A DNA stretch of 64,000 bases from Raillietiella orientalis (lineage: Eukaryota). Under the pieces are notes generated by a model that saw only the letters and a list, made by a program, of their open reading frames with translations, did no database searches and had not been told where the DNA came from. Shown here in pieces: positions 13,701 to 27,606 of the stretch (positions are counted from its first letter, which is position 1; each line of letters starts with the position of its first letter). The DNA lies in the NCBI GenBank assembly GCA_036172245.1, contig JAYWIR010000070.1, forward strand, positions 372,001 through 436,000, written 5' to 3'. Both the position numbers and the translations under genes were made by a program.

Positions 13701-16700
13701 TGTCTTGGCTTAACTTGGGAACGAAGTAATGCAGGACACAAAAGGATCGTCTGTGGCAGTTGCGACGACGATATCTTAAAATGAAGTTGTGTTCTAAAAA
13801 AAAAAAAAGAAACGAAGAAAGAAAAGCACATAGTACTTCGCAGCAGTGGTTGAAAATTCAAACTGCCATCATCCTCTCTCAATGCTTGCTTGCAGTTTTT
13901 CAATCTTCCCCGAGAGCTCTTTAGTGGACTTTGCGCTCCACCGTCAAAGCCGATTTTGGATTTACAGCTCCGCAGCCACGCACATGTGAGGTTGTGAGTC
14001 AGTTTGCTCTCATGGTGATATGCAGGTGCTCTCCCGCTTCGCACCCGAAGTGAAAATGCTTCTTCATGACGTTCCCTGGTCTCGGGTGTTAACCTCCTCA
14101 CCTTCGAAGCTCGTGAGATTTCCGCGACATCTCCGGAGAACGGCTGAGTGTTTTCCGAGTCCATGTCGAGCAGCCGTGAGAGTCTGAGTCTGTAAAAAAA
14201 AAAAAAGGCAATTCACACTGTGGGTCATAGCGTGCTGGGACAGAACAAGGATGACCGTCGTCCCTTCTGAACTGAGTACCGAAATCAGGCGACTGAGTGC
14301 ATGATGGAATCCTGGATTCGTCTTTGCTGCTTTCACTTTTTTCAAGTTTTTTTGCCTTGGCTAAGTACTCAAGAACTGTTGCTTCGCAGAGCATAGGAGC
14401 ATGGGAGCGGCTCGTCGATATCGCCACATGGGGACCACTTTCGCGATTCCTAGGACCACTTCTGTGTTCTGGGCAGTCAACGGGACATCCAGCCGCGGAT
14501 GCCAGCGCGCCCTACCGATACACACTCAGTCTGAAACATCTTGCGAGTCATCTCGCGGTAAGACCCAAAAGCCACGGCGCATCCAACTCGGAGTCGATCT
14601 CCATCCAACCCGCGAGATGTTCTGTTCCGTGCTCCTGCGCCGCTTCCGTATGAGGAAAGACAAATGACAAGGGCGATGTGCATTCTGAAGGTACGCAATA
14701 GAACCTTGCTGGCACTGACAGCTTGGCGATGTTTCCGCAAGATGTGTGCGCAATTGAAGGAGACAGAAGGAGCGGGAAAAAGAATCGCGTGGACACAGGA
14801 AGAATGGGATGTAAGCCACTTTGCGCATCGAGAAATGAGATGAACTTTGGTGAATGGGGAACTTTACGATTACTTGTAAACATCGGTTACATCACTCTCT
14901 TGTTCTCTCATTCAAGGCGGGATGCTTCACGATCTTGCACGGTCATGTTGATCTTTTCTTCCATCGTTCCTCTTCCAGCATATGTACAGCCGAAGAGTGC
15001 ACGTACACTACAACTGTCGGCAAATTGATTGTCCATAAAAAGCGAGCAGAAGAAGGTTGCCATTAGCTGTCTTTTGCTCATGGGGCCGGGGCAGTTTCAT
15101 TCTGCAACCCTGAGACACGGAACGCACCTCTCCCATGACTGGACCTTGAGGATAGTCACGAACATTCCAGTGTGTCGAAGTGTGGATGATCCAGCTGGGA
15201 TCGAAATTCGGGGAGCTGAGAGACTTTCGAAAGCATGGGCAGCGTACTTCCTGGTGTTTTTCTCGAAGCAAACGAAATGAAACCCCCCCATAAACGAAAG
15301 GAAGCTCTCTCTTCTACCAATTTCGATGTCGCGAAACTCAAAGAAAAGCTCTGCTCCTGAAAAATGGTACTCAGAGATGAAAATTTTGGGTGAGGAAGTG
15401 ATGAATACGTAGATTGTGATTCCGTGAACGCTGCCTGGTAGTTTGACACAGGTATCTCCGTGAATTCATCCAACTGACTGCATCAGCAGCGTCCAGTATC
15501 AAGCGAATATTCCCATGAATTCCGCGTTCCAAATCACCCCCTCCAGCAGCTGTTCCCCCGAACCTGTTACCTAAACACTTCTGAAATTTGAGCGTCCCTC
15601 TCTCGCTCTAGCAAGTGGTTCAGTGGTCTTCCGTGCTCGTTGCTGGTGGCAAACTGCGTGCCAGCATGGACCCCTCTTGTATTGAGAACGCTCTGGTTAC
15701 TTGTGACGATACTGAGACTCACTTCTGAGCGCCAACCGCAGTAAGAAGTCTTTGCAAGGAGGGACCTAAGAAACATGCATTTCTTGGAGAATTGTCGAAG
15801 CTCCGTAGCCACTTGGGAACAATAATTCAGAGGAATGTTGCCTAGGCGGCACAGTCAGAACTGGAGTTTGAGTTTTGCTGGACAAAGCTGGACTAGTAGG
15901 GAGGATCACTTGAAATGTAAGCTTGTTCACGAATTTCCTTTGCCCTCAGATGCTTTTCCAAACGACCTTCCCAGAGTGGGAGGGACCAACATGAAGCGTC
16001 TATCTTTGGTAAATTGCACGCAGTTTCTGTCTTTAAAACACTATTAAAGAAATCTTAGGAAAGGAAAAAAGAAGAGAGAGGAATAACAAATAAATAAGCA
16101 TAATAAAGTTAAGACCGGGACGGATCGGACCATCAGCTCCAAGCGTTCTCAAAGGTCTTGCAAGAGAGGAAGGAAGGATAGTTGACCATTCATGAGCTCT
16201 TCTGATGGAACTCCAAGACTCTGGCTTGATTCTCATTTTTAAGTGGATCCATTTTGCCTCTTGCCTCATCGATCGCAGTGGGAACGCCGTAGTGACCTAC
16301 CACTGCATCTGGTCGGTACACAGTTTTGAAATGACGTCAAGAAAAATCCAGAAAAGCAAGTACGCTAAAAAAAGAAGGAAGAAAAGAAGGGAGAAAGATT
16401 TGTGCTGCTTGATTGGGGAAGCTGAATGCGCTGAGATCATAACCGCCACTCACGTTCATCGTGGTTCTCAGCTTGTGGTGGCCACCCGTTTTCCTGTTTT
16501 ACCTCATGGAATCCGCTGATGAGAAGATTCTTAGTTTTCCTTTCCTTTTTCTGATTCCTTTTTGCACTTTCACACCTTGAGAACCCGAACTGGGAAATCT
16601 TGAGATCTGCAGGTCTTTTGTACGGCTTCAACACGGAGTTAGCCCGCAACCTCCTCCGTGTTACGTACCTTGTGAAATCCTGTTCCTAGGATGTGACGGG

Positions 16701-19700
16701 ATAAGTTTCGAAGCCAAGCGCCTTCTTTCGCTCAGGGCAGGAGTGCGAGAAATGTCGGGAGAAGCTCACCAGGGAGCTTTTCTTCCTTTCTCGGAAAAAC
16801 AGTTCTTTTCAGTCTGCAAAAAAACTGCTTTCAAAGTACACCCTGGCAGAACTCTAGCATCGGCACGGGAGAGCTTCAGAGAGACCTTTCCATTGTTTCT
16901 CAGTAGATTTCGTGGACACCTTGAAATAGAGAAACCATTACGGAATCGGGTTCAACGCGGAGCTCCCCCCCTGCAAATAGAGTGGACTCAGAGCTGCAGA
17001 TTCCAATCGAAAAAGAAAGCCGCCATGCACCAGAGAACCACGCCATCGAGGAAGGCACCGAGTTGCTGAAAACAACTCAGACTGTAAAGCAGTGTGAAGT
17101 CAAAAGAAGAGGGATCATTTATTGCGGCTTCCAGAAAGCAAGAATACTCGTGAGATGGAGAGACGACTCCATTGTCCTCTCTTGAAACGAAGACGGAATA
17201 AGTTCTCCAGGGCCGGTTTCTTTCTTTTCGCTGATTCTTCTAGCCGTATTGTGAATCCTACGTCAAGGACACGGGGTGAAGAAAACATTACCAAGACTAG
17301 TGACAACATAGAGAACAACTGTTTGGTATCGAAATCGTGACCATGACCGTCTCTTGATCCGAGGCACAATCAAGAACGTAAGAGTAAGAAGGGCGCAAAC
17401 CTGTTTCCTTTTTTCCCCACTCAGCGGATAGAATTAAAATAATGACCCATTTGTTTTAGCTCTGCGGTCTCGTGCAAAAAGATAGTGGCGCTTCGTTGCA
17501 TCCGTCGTCTCAGCCTGTCAAAATCGCCGACTTGACGTGCACAGCGGCCTCGACATTTGGACGACAATCCCCACTCGTCCTTCCTCAGGCATCGAGATAA
17601 TTCTATTACTTCCGATTTCGTATCCCCATTCCATCAGGGTGCAAACTTCTTTTCGAGCTTTAATTGACTACTGCCTTTCTCCACACGAGCTCACTGACTG
17701 TGCTGATTGATTTAAAAACCGGAGTAACGCATGCCAACCAGCACGTCCATAACGCTTCTTCCTGCTTATGAGCTCCAACGATATCCTCCACCTTTTCTGC
17801 TCATGATCGTTTCGATGCTTCGATAGAAAGGGCTACGCACCGCTCTTGGAGGTGGCAATCATGGGAGCGTGCAAGAAGCCACCGGCTGAGGCAGCTATCC
17901 CGAAAGCAATGTTTCCGTGGGAACCAGAGGGCGAAGACCCAGAGATTGTCACGCAACTCGGAATGCGCGTTCCCACTCTCAAAGGTCTTCAATACTAGCT
18001 GTGGTAGGATAGTGACCAAATCTGTGTAGCAGGACAGCCCTGGAGTGCAGTGAGGAATTCCGCGTTACCCCTCCATGACCCCATGGATACTTTAGTGTGC
18101 ACTTCACTGCGCGTCTTTGGCTTCCACGTCTTCCTGCGATTGCACGAGGCTGCTTTTCATCAAGCAGCGAGAAGCAGGAAGCTGCATCTCTGTTTCTTTT
18201 TTCTTTTAGTTCTCTGAGTCCAGAACAGTCCTTTGCTTCCTTCGAGGGCGCAACAAGAAGGCTCGACAATGTCGTTACCTGAGGTCTCTCAAAGTTCTTT
18301 AAAAACCGTATCAACGCCACGCGAGAGTGAGCATGACCCAGTCAGGGGACAGCTCCGTAGAAATCGCCCTAATAAATCCAGGAAGTCTCCGGAGGTAAGA
18401 GTCCGTTCTTCTTACTCTTGGGGAGTAACTACGGAGGGATCCTGGTTGCCTCTAAGGGAACTCTCGGAAAGAATGCTCTCCTTGTGTACTCCTCTGGAGG
18501 GCTCCCCCAGAAGGGAGCAGCAAGTTTCTCATACTCTGGGGAGGAAGTCTCCAAAGGGGTAAAGTAGCTTCGTAGAACGCGATGGAGAGTCCCCCCAGGA
18601 TGGGAGAGTAAACAGTTCCATTTGCACAACTGGAGGGGAACCTCGAAAGGAACCGGATCCTTGATTTCCTGAAGGCCCTGGAGGTCAGCTTTTAATCCAA
18701 GCCGGTCAACGGGGGTATTTGTTTTCCAACACTCCCGTGAGGTCCACCAGTGCTGCACCCGAAGCCCGTGGACAATCGATGTCACGGGAGATTTGGAACC
18801 CGCGGCTCTTGGAGCCGCACTTGGCAGCCACAGCCATACGACCGTCAACGCGGGTCGAACCATCCGGGCTCATGGACACCGGGCGGACGTTTGAATTTGA
18901 ATCTCAGAGGCATGCTGGTACATTGGATGAATGCAAATCGATGCCGTTGTCCTCTCCGTGGATCAATGTCCTCTCCGTTGAATGGAGTCGCCTGAATGCA
19001 GTCAAACTAACCACGCTGTAGATGAGTACTTGACCAATTATCGTAGCTTTCTTTTCCTCGCTGCGCTTCATAGGGATGCGGAGTTGTCATTCGTAGTATC
19101 TGTACCTTCTTGCATCCGACGGGAGCTCCGAGGCATCTCACCATCCTGATTCGCTCTGCACACTGTGGGTCCCAGTAGCTCGAGGAGTGGGCTGCTAGGG
19201 ATGTTCCTTTCGATTGCTGAGACTCCAATGCCTATGATGGAAAATCTATTGGCAAACTGAGCCACTGGCTCCTAAAGCCATTTTATCTTGACTCGTTTCG
19301 GATGAAGCGAGTGAGAAGAACTTGCTCAACAGTGGAACGCCGAAAGAATAAGTAACGTATCTGAGTTTAATTGCCAGTGCATCTTCCAAGGCATGGAAAT
19401 GTTTTCACAGTACTTGAGCAGTGCTTTTATAAGAATTATCAACTCTGGGTATGAGGTGAGGTCAGGGGCTGCCTCTCATCTGGAATTGCTGGTATCCTCG
19501 TGGTAAACTGTGCACTTCCTTCGTGTTCTGACATGTCAAGGTCTTTTCTTGAATGCTATGAGTTAGATTAAATCTTTGTCTGTCATGGAAACACCACGGA
19601 AAAGGTGGAATGCACGGAGCATGATGTGCACTAATTCAAGAATGTTGGGATGAGTTTTTGGTGTCCTTTGCTATCACCAAGAGACAAGATCCAGTGGATC

Positions 19701-20159
19701 GAGTGAAAAAAGCGGAGCATACGCAGTAAGAGCTGTTGACCACGAACCAACCAAATATCGACTTCGAGCATGAACTCTAACAAAAACTAATGCTTCAGAA
19801 AGAGGAACGAGTTATTGTACTCCACGTCTTCAGGTTATCACTAACACCGATGATAGGATGAGGGAACAAGGAGAAAACTCTAGAGAAAGCAAGACAAAGA
19901 GGAAGGGGAACCAATATTTTCTTTTGGCCTCCAGAGAGGTTCTTGTTGGAGCAACCACTGGTCGTAGGGATCCTTGGAACCAAGGGAAACAAACGTAATC
20001 CCTTTCGGAGCGACACTACAGGCAAAGTATTTACTTGTTTGTTTCTGTTTTTTTATTGTTCTCCTCTCCTCTGTTTCGTATGCTGATCTCACTGGCCATC
20101 TGTTATGCTTTCCGGCATTGGCTTCTCAATCTTTGGACTTAGTAGGACCTAAGCGAAGG

Positions 20160-21507
20160 TCAGACTGCCGAGCCGACGGAAACTCAATGAATAAGAAGAA
20201 TGCAACGCTTTCCCGAGGCCTCGCAGAGAGCCTCAGAAAACACGAGCGATTGGGCTGAAGGCGAAAAAGCCTCCTACTGCCACCGTCGTGAACCGAAAGC
20301 CTCGCGTCAAGGCCTTGGCAAACGCCGCCGAATGCGGTCGTTCGCCCAACACCGGAAAATCGCGCCCACGGGCAAAGAACTCCACAACAACCGCCCTATC
20401 GCAGCCAAGGTGCCCCCGGCGCCGACTGCCGCGAGGAAACAGCCGTGACGCCTGCATACCTAGCGCGCGGACGCAGCTCCAGCCGCGGCCAACGAGGAAA
20501 CTGCTAAGGCGAGCAGAAGCGCTACAGCAGCGCCCCTAGAGGCCGCAAAGACAACGAGTGAATCCGTCTATGACGAGGACGTAGCGCCACTATCGTTCGC
20601 CAAGGCACTCGCGTACGCCTGCGCTCAGGCAGCGCTCCAAGAGGCAGCCAGGGCAACGTCGACTACACCCACGGAAGCAGCGCTATCTCAGGAAAGAGAA
20701 GGTAACTGCGATGCGAAGAAAGAAGGCTGGATGAAGGTAAGGAGAAAAAGAAAATGGAACCATCAAAGTCCTCACAGCTCCGCGTCAAGGTGAATGGTCG
20801 CTAAAAACCTGCGAAACCTTCGCAAAAAAAGGCTGTGATCTTTGCCTCCTAGTCAAAGATTGCTACTTCTACTAGCTCTACTACTCCTTGTTGTATGCTA
20901 GAGAGTCGACGGAACGTAGTCCCTCGGGGCTGCTTCTGCCGGCGGGTGGCCCTGCGGTCGACCAGGAGGAACGCGCCACTCTGGAGTTGCCCTTCACGGC
21001 GGAGGAAGTGTCTTCCTCCATAGCGGGCCTCAAGAAGCGTAAGGCGCAAAGTGAGGATGGTCTGCCTGCGGAGTTCTTCCAGTGTTTCGAGGCGGAACTC
21101 ATCCCCCTGGTGCTGAGGCTTTCTCGGCTCATGCGAGAGACGGGCAATGTTTCGCTCAGCAAGGGTGCGTCTCTTGCCGAAAGGCGGAGACATGCGCCAA
21201 TTAAGCAACTGGCGTCCAATCACCTTGGTGAATGCGGACGTCAAGTTGTTCTCCAGGCTCTGGGTCGCACGCCTAGGCAGAATCACTGGATCCGTGGTAA
21301 TTCCGTAGCAATCCTACTCTGTTCCCAGGCGGTCCATGGAGGCGAACCTGTTCTTTGCGCGCACGTGGCTCGAGCTGCAGCGTTGCGAGGCGCACGACAG
21401 CCAGGTAACCGCATCTGCGGCTGCCGAGGCTAGGCGTCGCTGCATTCGGCCTGAGGAAGCGCCGGGTGCCTTGGCGGTCGCGGTCGATCTCCGCAAGGCG
21501 TTAGATT
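20160..21507 (+). mobile_element. Element A: decayed lineage III non-LTR retrotransposon (possible ORF1 relic ~20160-20830; ORF2/RT fragment 20880-21507); outermost host of the nest
   Basis: 20880-21502 aligns to D2 ORF2 (59395-60025: YYSLLYAR..EDGLPAEFFQCF..VDLRKA). The upstream part is A/P/K-rich with an EGWMKV motif like other ORF1s; that part is lower confidence. Confidence 0.8.
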
Positions 21508-23350
21508 TTCACCCGGATTTCGCCGGGGCGTTTATTGAAACAATAAACTTTAACAAAGACGTGCAGTGGCTGGACCACTGCTCCAGCCAAGCACGAAGAA
21601 ACACAGAGCCTTCCGGGTCACCGGTTCGCAGACCGGTACGGTCCACCACGGCAGCAGGGGGAAGGGGGAAAAAACAAAAAACAAAACAAAAAAGAAAAGA
21701 AAAGTTGGGAGGGTAAGGAAAGGGATCACAGTTGCTGGTGGGGCCTTTGCATCCTTTGCAGGATGCCGGCAAGCTCCTTCTGTATTCCTGAATCCAGGTG
21801 GGGCCATCGGGACGCCCTCCTTAGGAACTGGGAGGCTGGCTGGATGGCACCCTGGTCGCGTTGTCCTCCCGTAGCCTTGCTCCAGGCGCTGACGATCCCG
21901 CGTAGGCAGCACAAAGCTGCTAACGAGGCCGCAGGCCGAAGGGCGTCGGCAACGAAGAGGGCTTTCAGAGCGTCCCTGGGGTTGCCGCAGGGGATTCCGA
22001 TGGCCGCGGCAAAGCGGAACCAAAGGGGTCGAAGGGCAACACAATCCACTAGCAGGTGGGGGAGGGACTCCATTCCCCACACCTGACACAATTGGGGTTC
22101 ACCGCTTCCCAGGTCCAGTGGTGTCGGAGGGAGTTGCAGGGGAGTCCCGAGTGCTGCAACAGGAGAGCCAACTCCTGCCATTTTAAAGGGAGGGTGGAGG
22201 TGTTCATAAGTAACGGGGCCACTTCAGACGTTCAATGGGAACGTCGAGCAGCACGACCCAGTGCACCACAACTCTGGAACAAGTGCCGACATTCGGAACT
22301 GGAGATGAAGCTCCAGCCGTTCCAATGTCAGGAGGCCGAGACCACCGTCCCGACGCAGAGCGCACAAGTCCTTTAAGTGGACTCGGGCCCTCCCGTTGCC
22401 CCAAAAAACGATACGAAGGGGGTCCTTCGTCCGCTTTTTTATCCTCTCTGTAGGGGGTCAAACAAAAGGCAGAGGTCGGAGGAGAGGAGCCGCGAACGTG
22501 TTCCAAACCGCGGCCCGTTCAAGCAGGAAAAACTTGCCGCCTCGGAACGGGCCGATCGCCGTCTCTACTTCCTGGAGGCAGCCGGACCATGCTTCCGCAG
22601 GGGAGTAGTCCCCCGACGGCACACCAAGGTACTTGAAGTACCTCACCGTGAGGATCCCCAAACGGACCCAGTCCTGCTGCCTGCCCACGCCGCACCAATT
22701 GGTATGACGGACGACTTCGCCCTGTTCACCGTAAGTACGGTTCCCCGATGCAGCAGGTCGAAGAACTCCTCGACCGTTGAAGCCGGGGTGGACATAGGGA
22801 GCAGCAGCAGAAGGTCGTCCGCGTACGCTGAAACGGCAGGCGTACCGGCACAGTCGTGCGGCAGGTGCGCAGAGTTTCCCTGTACGCTCTCAGTACGAAC
22901 TCAAAGTAGGTACTGAAGAGCAAGGGGCTCAGGCTCTCCCTGCCGTATCCCACGCCGCACCGGCACGCCGCGCACGGTCTGCCCGCTGAAAGAAACGTTG
23001 ATGAGCGCGTCGCGCCAGCAGGAGCGCAGATAGGCCACTAATGAGGCCGGAAAGCCTAAGCGTTCCAGAAGGAGATTCTGGTCGACGCAATCGAATGCTT
23101 TGCGCAAGTCGAGTGCGACCGCAAGGGCTCCCTCCCCCACTCGACCATCTGAACCTTTGCCGGCGCACGCAACGGAATTCCGGCTGCGCACTAAGCTCCT
23201 TTCATGTTGGAGCTCTAGCCAGGTGTAAGCGTGGAACAGGTTCGCCTCCATGCTTCGCCCGGGAACAGCATATGTCTGTTGCGGGCTGATGAAGATGTTT
23301 GCAACCCGTCCCAGACGCTCTGCCTAAGCCTTAGCCAGCAACATGGCGTG
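21508..23350 (-). mobile_element. Element B: lineage II, intact 3' end plus internally deleted ORF2 (RT and C-terminus)
   Basis: LDLRKAFD, YADD, KYLGVP and ESLPHLLVDC motifs. Colinear with E but roughly 0.5 kb shorter. AATAAA-hairpin terminus at 21508-21536. Confidence 0.9.
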
Positions 23351-23351
23351 C

Positions 23352-25502
23352 GGACGTGTTTTTTCCGCGATCCTCTGCGCCTGTTGTAAAGCGTTCCTTT
23401 TCGTTAGTGTTTGTGTGTGGAGCATCTGCGGTGTCCAATGGCAGAAATGCCTGAGGACACCGCAATGGAAGTCGGCAAGGGAGAGGATTGTTCCTCTTTC
23501 CAGCCCATAGAGATGAGGCAACCGCCCCCACGGAGACGAGGCAACCGCCTTCTTGAAAAAAGGGGCAACCGCATTCTTGGATCCTTCCTAGGCAATGACG
23601 AATACCTGGAGCGCCGTGACTACAGCACCATCCCCTGAAGCCATTGCCTAACAGTGTGCCTACCGGGATCAAGGGTATAAACCATCCTTGATTTATAAGG
23701 TAGGCAACCTTTTTTTGGAGAACACCGCTCGTAACCTTGAAAGAGAGTTACAGCGGCTGAATGTCGAAGAGGAAGGCCTGGAAGGTCTCTCCGTGATGAG
23801 TGGGGGCCAGCGGGTGAAGCTGACTTGCAAAGATGCAAGTCTGGCTCAGCGCCTGTTGAACACTTCCATCACGCTGGAAGGCCGAAAGGTCTTCCCTGTA
23901 ACGGAGGATCGCTCTATTGTTGCACACCTAACCTGTGTAACTCTTCTCATGACCAAAGCTGGCGTGCAGGAAGAGTTGAAAAACCATAACACGGTGCACG
24001 CGCTCTGGACCAAGCCGAACGTCTTCCAAACATACGGAAGACTGTTCAGTGGCATGGCTGCAGCTCGTGTGACCGTCCACGAAAACGGTGGGCTGCCCCA
24101 CAAACTCGACGTCGGCAACGAGGTCGTCGACGTCTGGTACGTGGGCAAGCCCAAGTACTGTGGGCAGTGTGATGCAACAGGACACCTGAAAAAACGGTGT
24201 TCTCACATCCAGTGTTTCCACTGCAAGGAGAAGGGCCACCTACGGAAAGTGTGCCCAAAGCGGAAACCTCCAGCGCCCTCTGCCTTGAAAAAAGGTAAGG
24301 GGAAACGCTTGGAGAAAACAAGCAAGCCCAAAGAAGCAAAGGAAAGGCCAAGCAAAAAGCCAGAGTCCGAATGCTCCCAGCAAACGGCGGGCGAGAAAAA
24401 TCCCGACGACGCTGGTTACAGCGAGGACTGGCGGACAGCGAAGCCGAAAAGCAAAAAAATCCGAAAAACCGAAGAACCGACAGCGGAACCCGTGACAACT
24501 CCTTTAAATAGAAGGCAACGCCACGCTTTGCTCCGCGAATGTTCGGTCGCTTTGTAGCGAGTAGAGATCCCCGAGACCTCCACCGGGGGAGATATCCCCC
24601 GCCTCGTTGACGCCGAAGCCGCGATCGCGGAAGGAGAACCCTCTGTGCAAACAGAGGGGGAGCCGAGCGACGCGGTCGCCGCAATCGAGGACGCCGCCTT
24701 CCAACAGGCGGCGGAAGAGCTCGCGGCCGAGCTCGCGGAAAGTGAGAACGGCGCGCGAAAAGCCTTGCCAAGCTCGGCCGCGGCCAGGGCACCTCCAACA
24801 GGTGACCACGAACCGGATGCCGGAAGTGCGTCCTCCTCCGCGGAGGCGCCTCCGAAGAAGACTGGACGGAAGTCCAAGAATCCAAAGATGTGCATCCCAA
24901 GAAAGAAGGAGGGGGACGCACCGGCAGCCGAAGGGGAAGCCGGTAGCGTAGGAACGGAGGGAGGGATTTTCCCACCCTGCGCTACCGAGCAGCTGGCGAC
25001 CCCCATGGAGGAGGGGGAGAAGGTAAGTCATTGCCGCCCACTTCCAAAGGTGGAACCTGCTGAGGAGATAGCCATGGAGGAGGGGGAGCAGACAGTTGAC
25101 AACCGCTCCCCCCTGCCGTCCAACGCAGCCGACGATTCGGCCCCCATGGAAGAGAGGGAGCAGGTGCGTGAAACTCGCCCCCTTCCACCGTTGCGGTCCA
25201 CTGAGCAATCGGCGCCCATGGAGGAGGGAGAACCGGTGCGCGGTGCCCCCATTCCTCCATCTGTCCCGCCCGACCAGGTGGCGGGCGCCCCATTGTCACT
25301 TTCGCAGGAATAACACCAGGGTTCGCCTGTCGCCGCCGATTACGCGTGGCCTGCTGGAACGTAAACGTGCTGCGCGACGACGGCAACAGACGGGACACGG
25401 CCGCCACCCTGCGTGACTTCGACCTGGCGCTCCTGCAGGAGATCCACGTGATCACCGCGCAGAACGCCCAGGAGATCGAGACGATCGCAGGGGGTCAACT
25501 GT
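23352..25502 (+). mobile_element. Element C: lineage I-related, intact 5' end, disrupted ORF1 (23438-25313) and start of APE
   Basis: Starts GGACGTG. Knuckles CGQCDATGHLKKRC and CFHCKEKGHLRKVC, PMEEGE repeats, then WNVN..QEIH. Interrupted at GGQL by D1. Confidence 0.92.
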
Positions 25503-27588
25503 TTATCACCCGGGTGCGCCGGAGCGTTTATTGTAAACTATCGGGGGACAGGGTTCATGGACAAAGGAGAAAACAAGAGACGAAGGGGGTGGGATCCCCG
25601 ACACGCAGGTCGGTATGCCGAAAGTCCGTAACGGGAGGGAAGGGACCACAAATACACTACTATAAAAAAATTAAATAAAAATATGGAAGGCAGGGGACAG
25701 GGGTCTTTATCGAGTCCGTTCCTTCCTTTCAAAACCGGCGATGGATGCCGGCGATCTCTCTCCTAACGCCCTGTGGAAGATGGCCCACTCGGCAGCCGAC
25801 GACATGATTGTGCTGGCTAATCCGGTGAATGACGAAGGATGGCCAGCTTCTCCAACCCTCGGTGGGCCTTGTCGATGGCGCGGGTGCAACACACGGTTGC
25901 AACGACAGCACCCAAGACAGGCCGCCTGGCGAGAAGAAGCGGCGCATGAAGTCCCTCGCGGTGTCCCCCTGGTGCAGGAGAGCTCATGCCAGCCCCCGTC
26001 AAAGTCCAAGAAGGGCACCGCAGTCTAGGAGCAGGTCAGCGAGCGTTTCCACTTTCTCGCACCGCTTACAGTTTGGGGAGACAACTCCCCCGGAAACACG
26101 GTTCGTCCGCTGGTTGGAGTGAAAACCCCAATGCACCAGCATGAAGACGTCCTGCTTTCACGAAAGGGGGTACACAGAAGCGTACAAACAGGAGGGAGGG
26201 ACCACAAGTTCTTCGGGGGGCACACTTAAGTGTTCACTCCACCGAAGGGGTCCCTTCGGAACGTGGCGAGGCGTGGCGGCGTCTGCCAGCTCGCAAGTCC
26301 TCTAGCCGCCAATAGGTCGTGTTGTTCCTGCAATGGTGCAGGCGACCTCCCATCTCGCCGGTTCGCAGCTGTCATCTCTTGCCCTGAGGGCTGACAGTAC
26401 GTCGGCGAGCAGCGTGACGGCCAGGCGGGTCCACTTCTCCTGGCTGTTGCACACTTCATCCACCGTGCAGTACGGGGAGAGTTGAGCGCAACGGAGTTCC
26501 AGGAGGGAGACATCCTGGTACTTTGCCCAGCCATGCAACGGTTCCTGCCGCCAGGCTTGAAAGTTCGTTGGGCGGCAGGAGATCCATTCCTAGGCTTCCA
26601 GGAGCCGGTAGAGCGGTTTCAAGGAAAAACCAAAGCTTCTCGTGGCGCGCTCCGCGTGCGGCCGCAGCTACAGAAGTCCATCGCTGCCTGTGCAGCGCCG
26701 CAGAAGCAGGCGCGCGGGTGCGCACCACGGGGTGGAACAAAGGTTGGCGCACAGGGCCAACATCCGAAGCTGCACCTGCAGCTCGATTCTCTCCAGCGTC
26801 AGGATGCCTAAGCCAGCATCCCGACGCGGAGCCGCCAAGTCTTTGAGGCAGATCCTGGACCTCGCAGGTCCCCACAGAGCGTTCCTCAACAGGCTGTGCG
26901 CCTGGAGCTTAGCCGATTAGAGGGTCGGGCAAACAAGAAGCAGGAGGCGCAACAGGGGGGCAACGAAGGTGTTCCATATCGTGGCCCGCACCGGCAGGAC
27001 GAACCTGCCATGGTGGAACGGGCTCAGGGAATTCGGAGCCTTCCGAAGGCAATCCGACCACACTTCCACTGGGCTGATGATCCCCAGCGGAACGCCCAGA
27101 TATTGGGTGGTCGAAGCGTTTGGGATCCCCAGGCGGATCCAGTCAGACTGCCCCTCCCACGCCGCAACAATAGGTACGCCCACGCTCTTGCTCCGGTTTA
27201 AACTCAAGCCCGCTCCCCGGCGAATCAGCTCGAAGAAATCCTCAAGAATGATTGCCGGGGTGGTGATATGTAAGAGCAAAAGGAGGTCGTCAGCATAGGC
27301 TGCCACGAACTGCGTTCCTGGACAAGAGCTCGGCAGGGTGGCCAGCGTCAGCCTGTTCGCTATCAGCACCAACTCAAAGAAGATGCTGAAAAGCAACGGG
27401 CTTAAGCTGTCGCCCTGCCTAATGCCCCGCCGCACCGGCACGCCGTACACGTGGCAGCCGCTCAAAGAGATGGAGATGAGCGCGTAAAGCCAGCAAGCGC
27501 GCAAATACGCCACGAGGTGCACCAAGAGACCAAGACGTTCCAGGAGCTCCAGGAGGAGATCCTGATTTACGCAGTCCAGCGCCTTGCG
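25503..27588 (-). mobile_element. Element D1: lineage III, 3' end and RT/C-terminal half of ORF2 (frameshifted)
   Basis: Closely similar to D2 60015-62106 including the 3'UTR; RQGDSLSP and YADD motifs. Confidence 0.93.
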
Positions 27589-27606
27589 TGCTCCAGGGTA
27601 GACGTG
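27571..27606 (+). promoter_or_regulatory. Putative Inr (GCAGTC, in target DNA) plus DPE (AGACGTG, in element H)
   Basis: A at 27573 and motif at 27600 give +1/+28 spacing. Confidence 0.55.

Noticed and set aside
11200..20100. Short ORFs and the palindrome acgtagtagctactacgt near 12630-12660
   Set aside because: No protein motif or coherent exon chain was recognised, and the palindrome is short and isolated. Hidden exons cannot be excluded.
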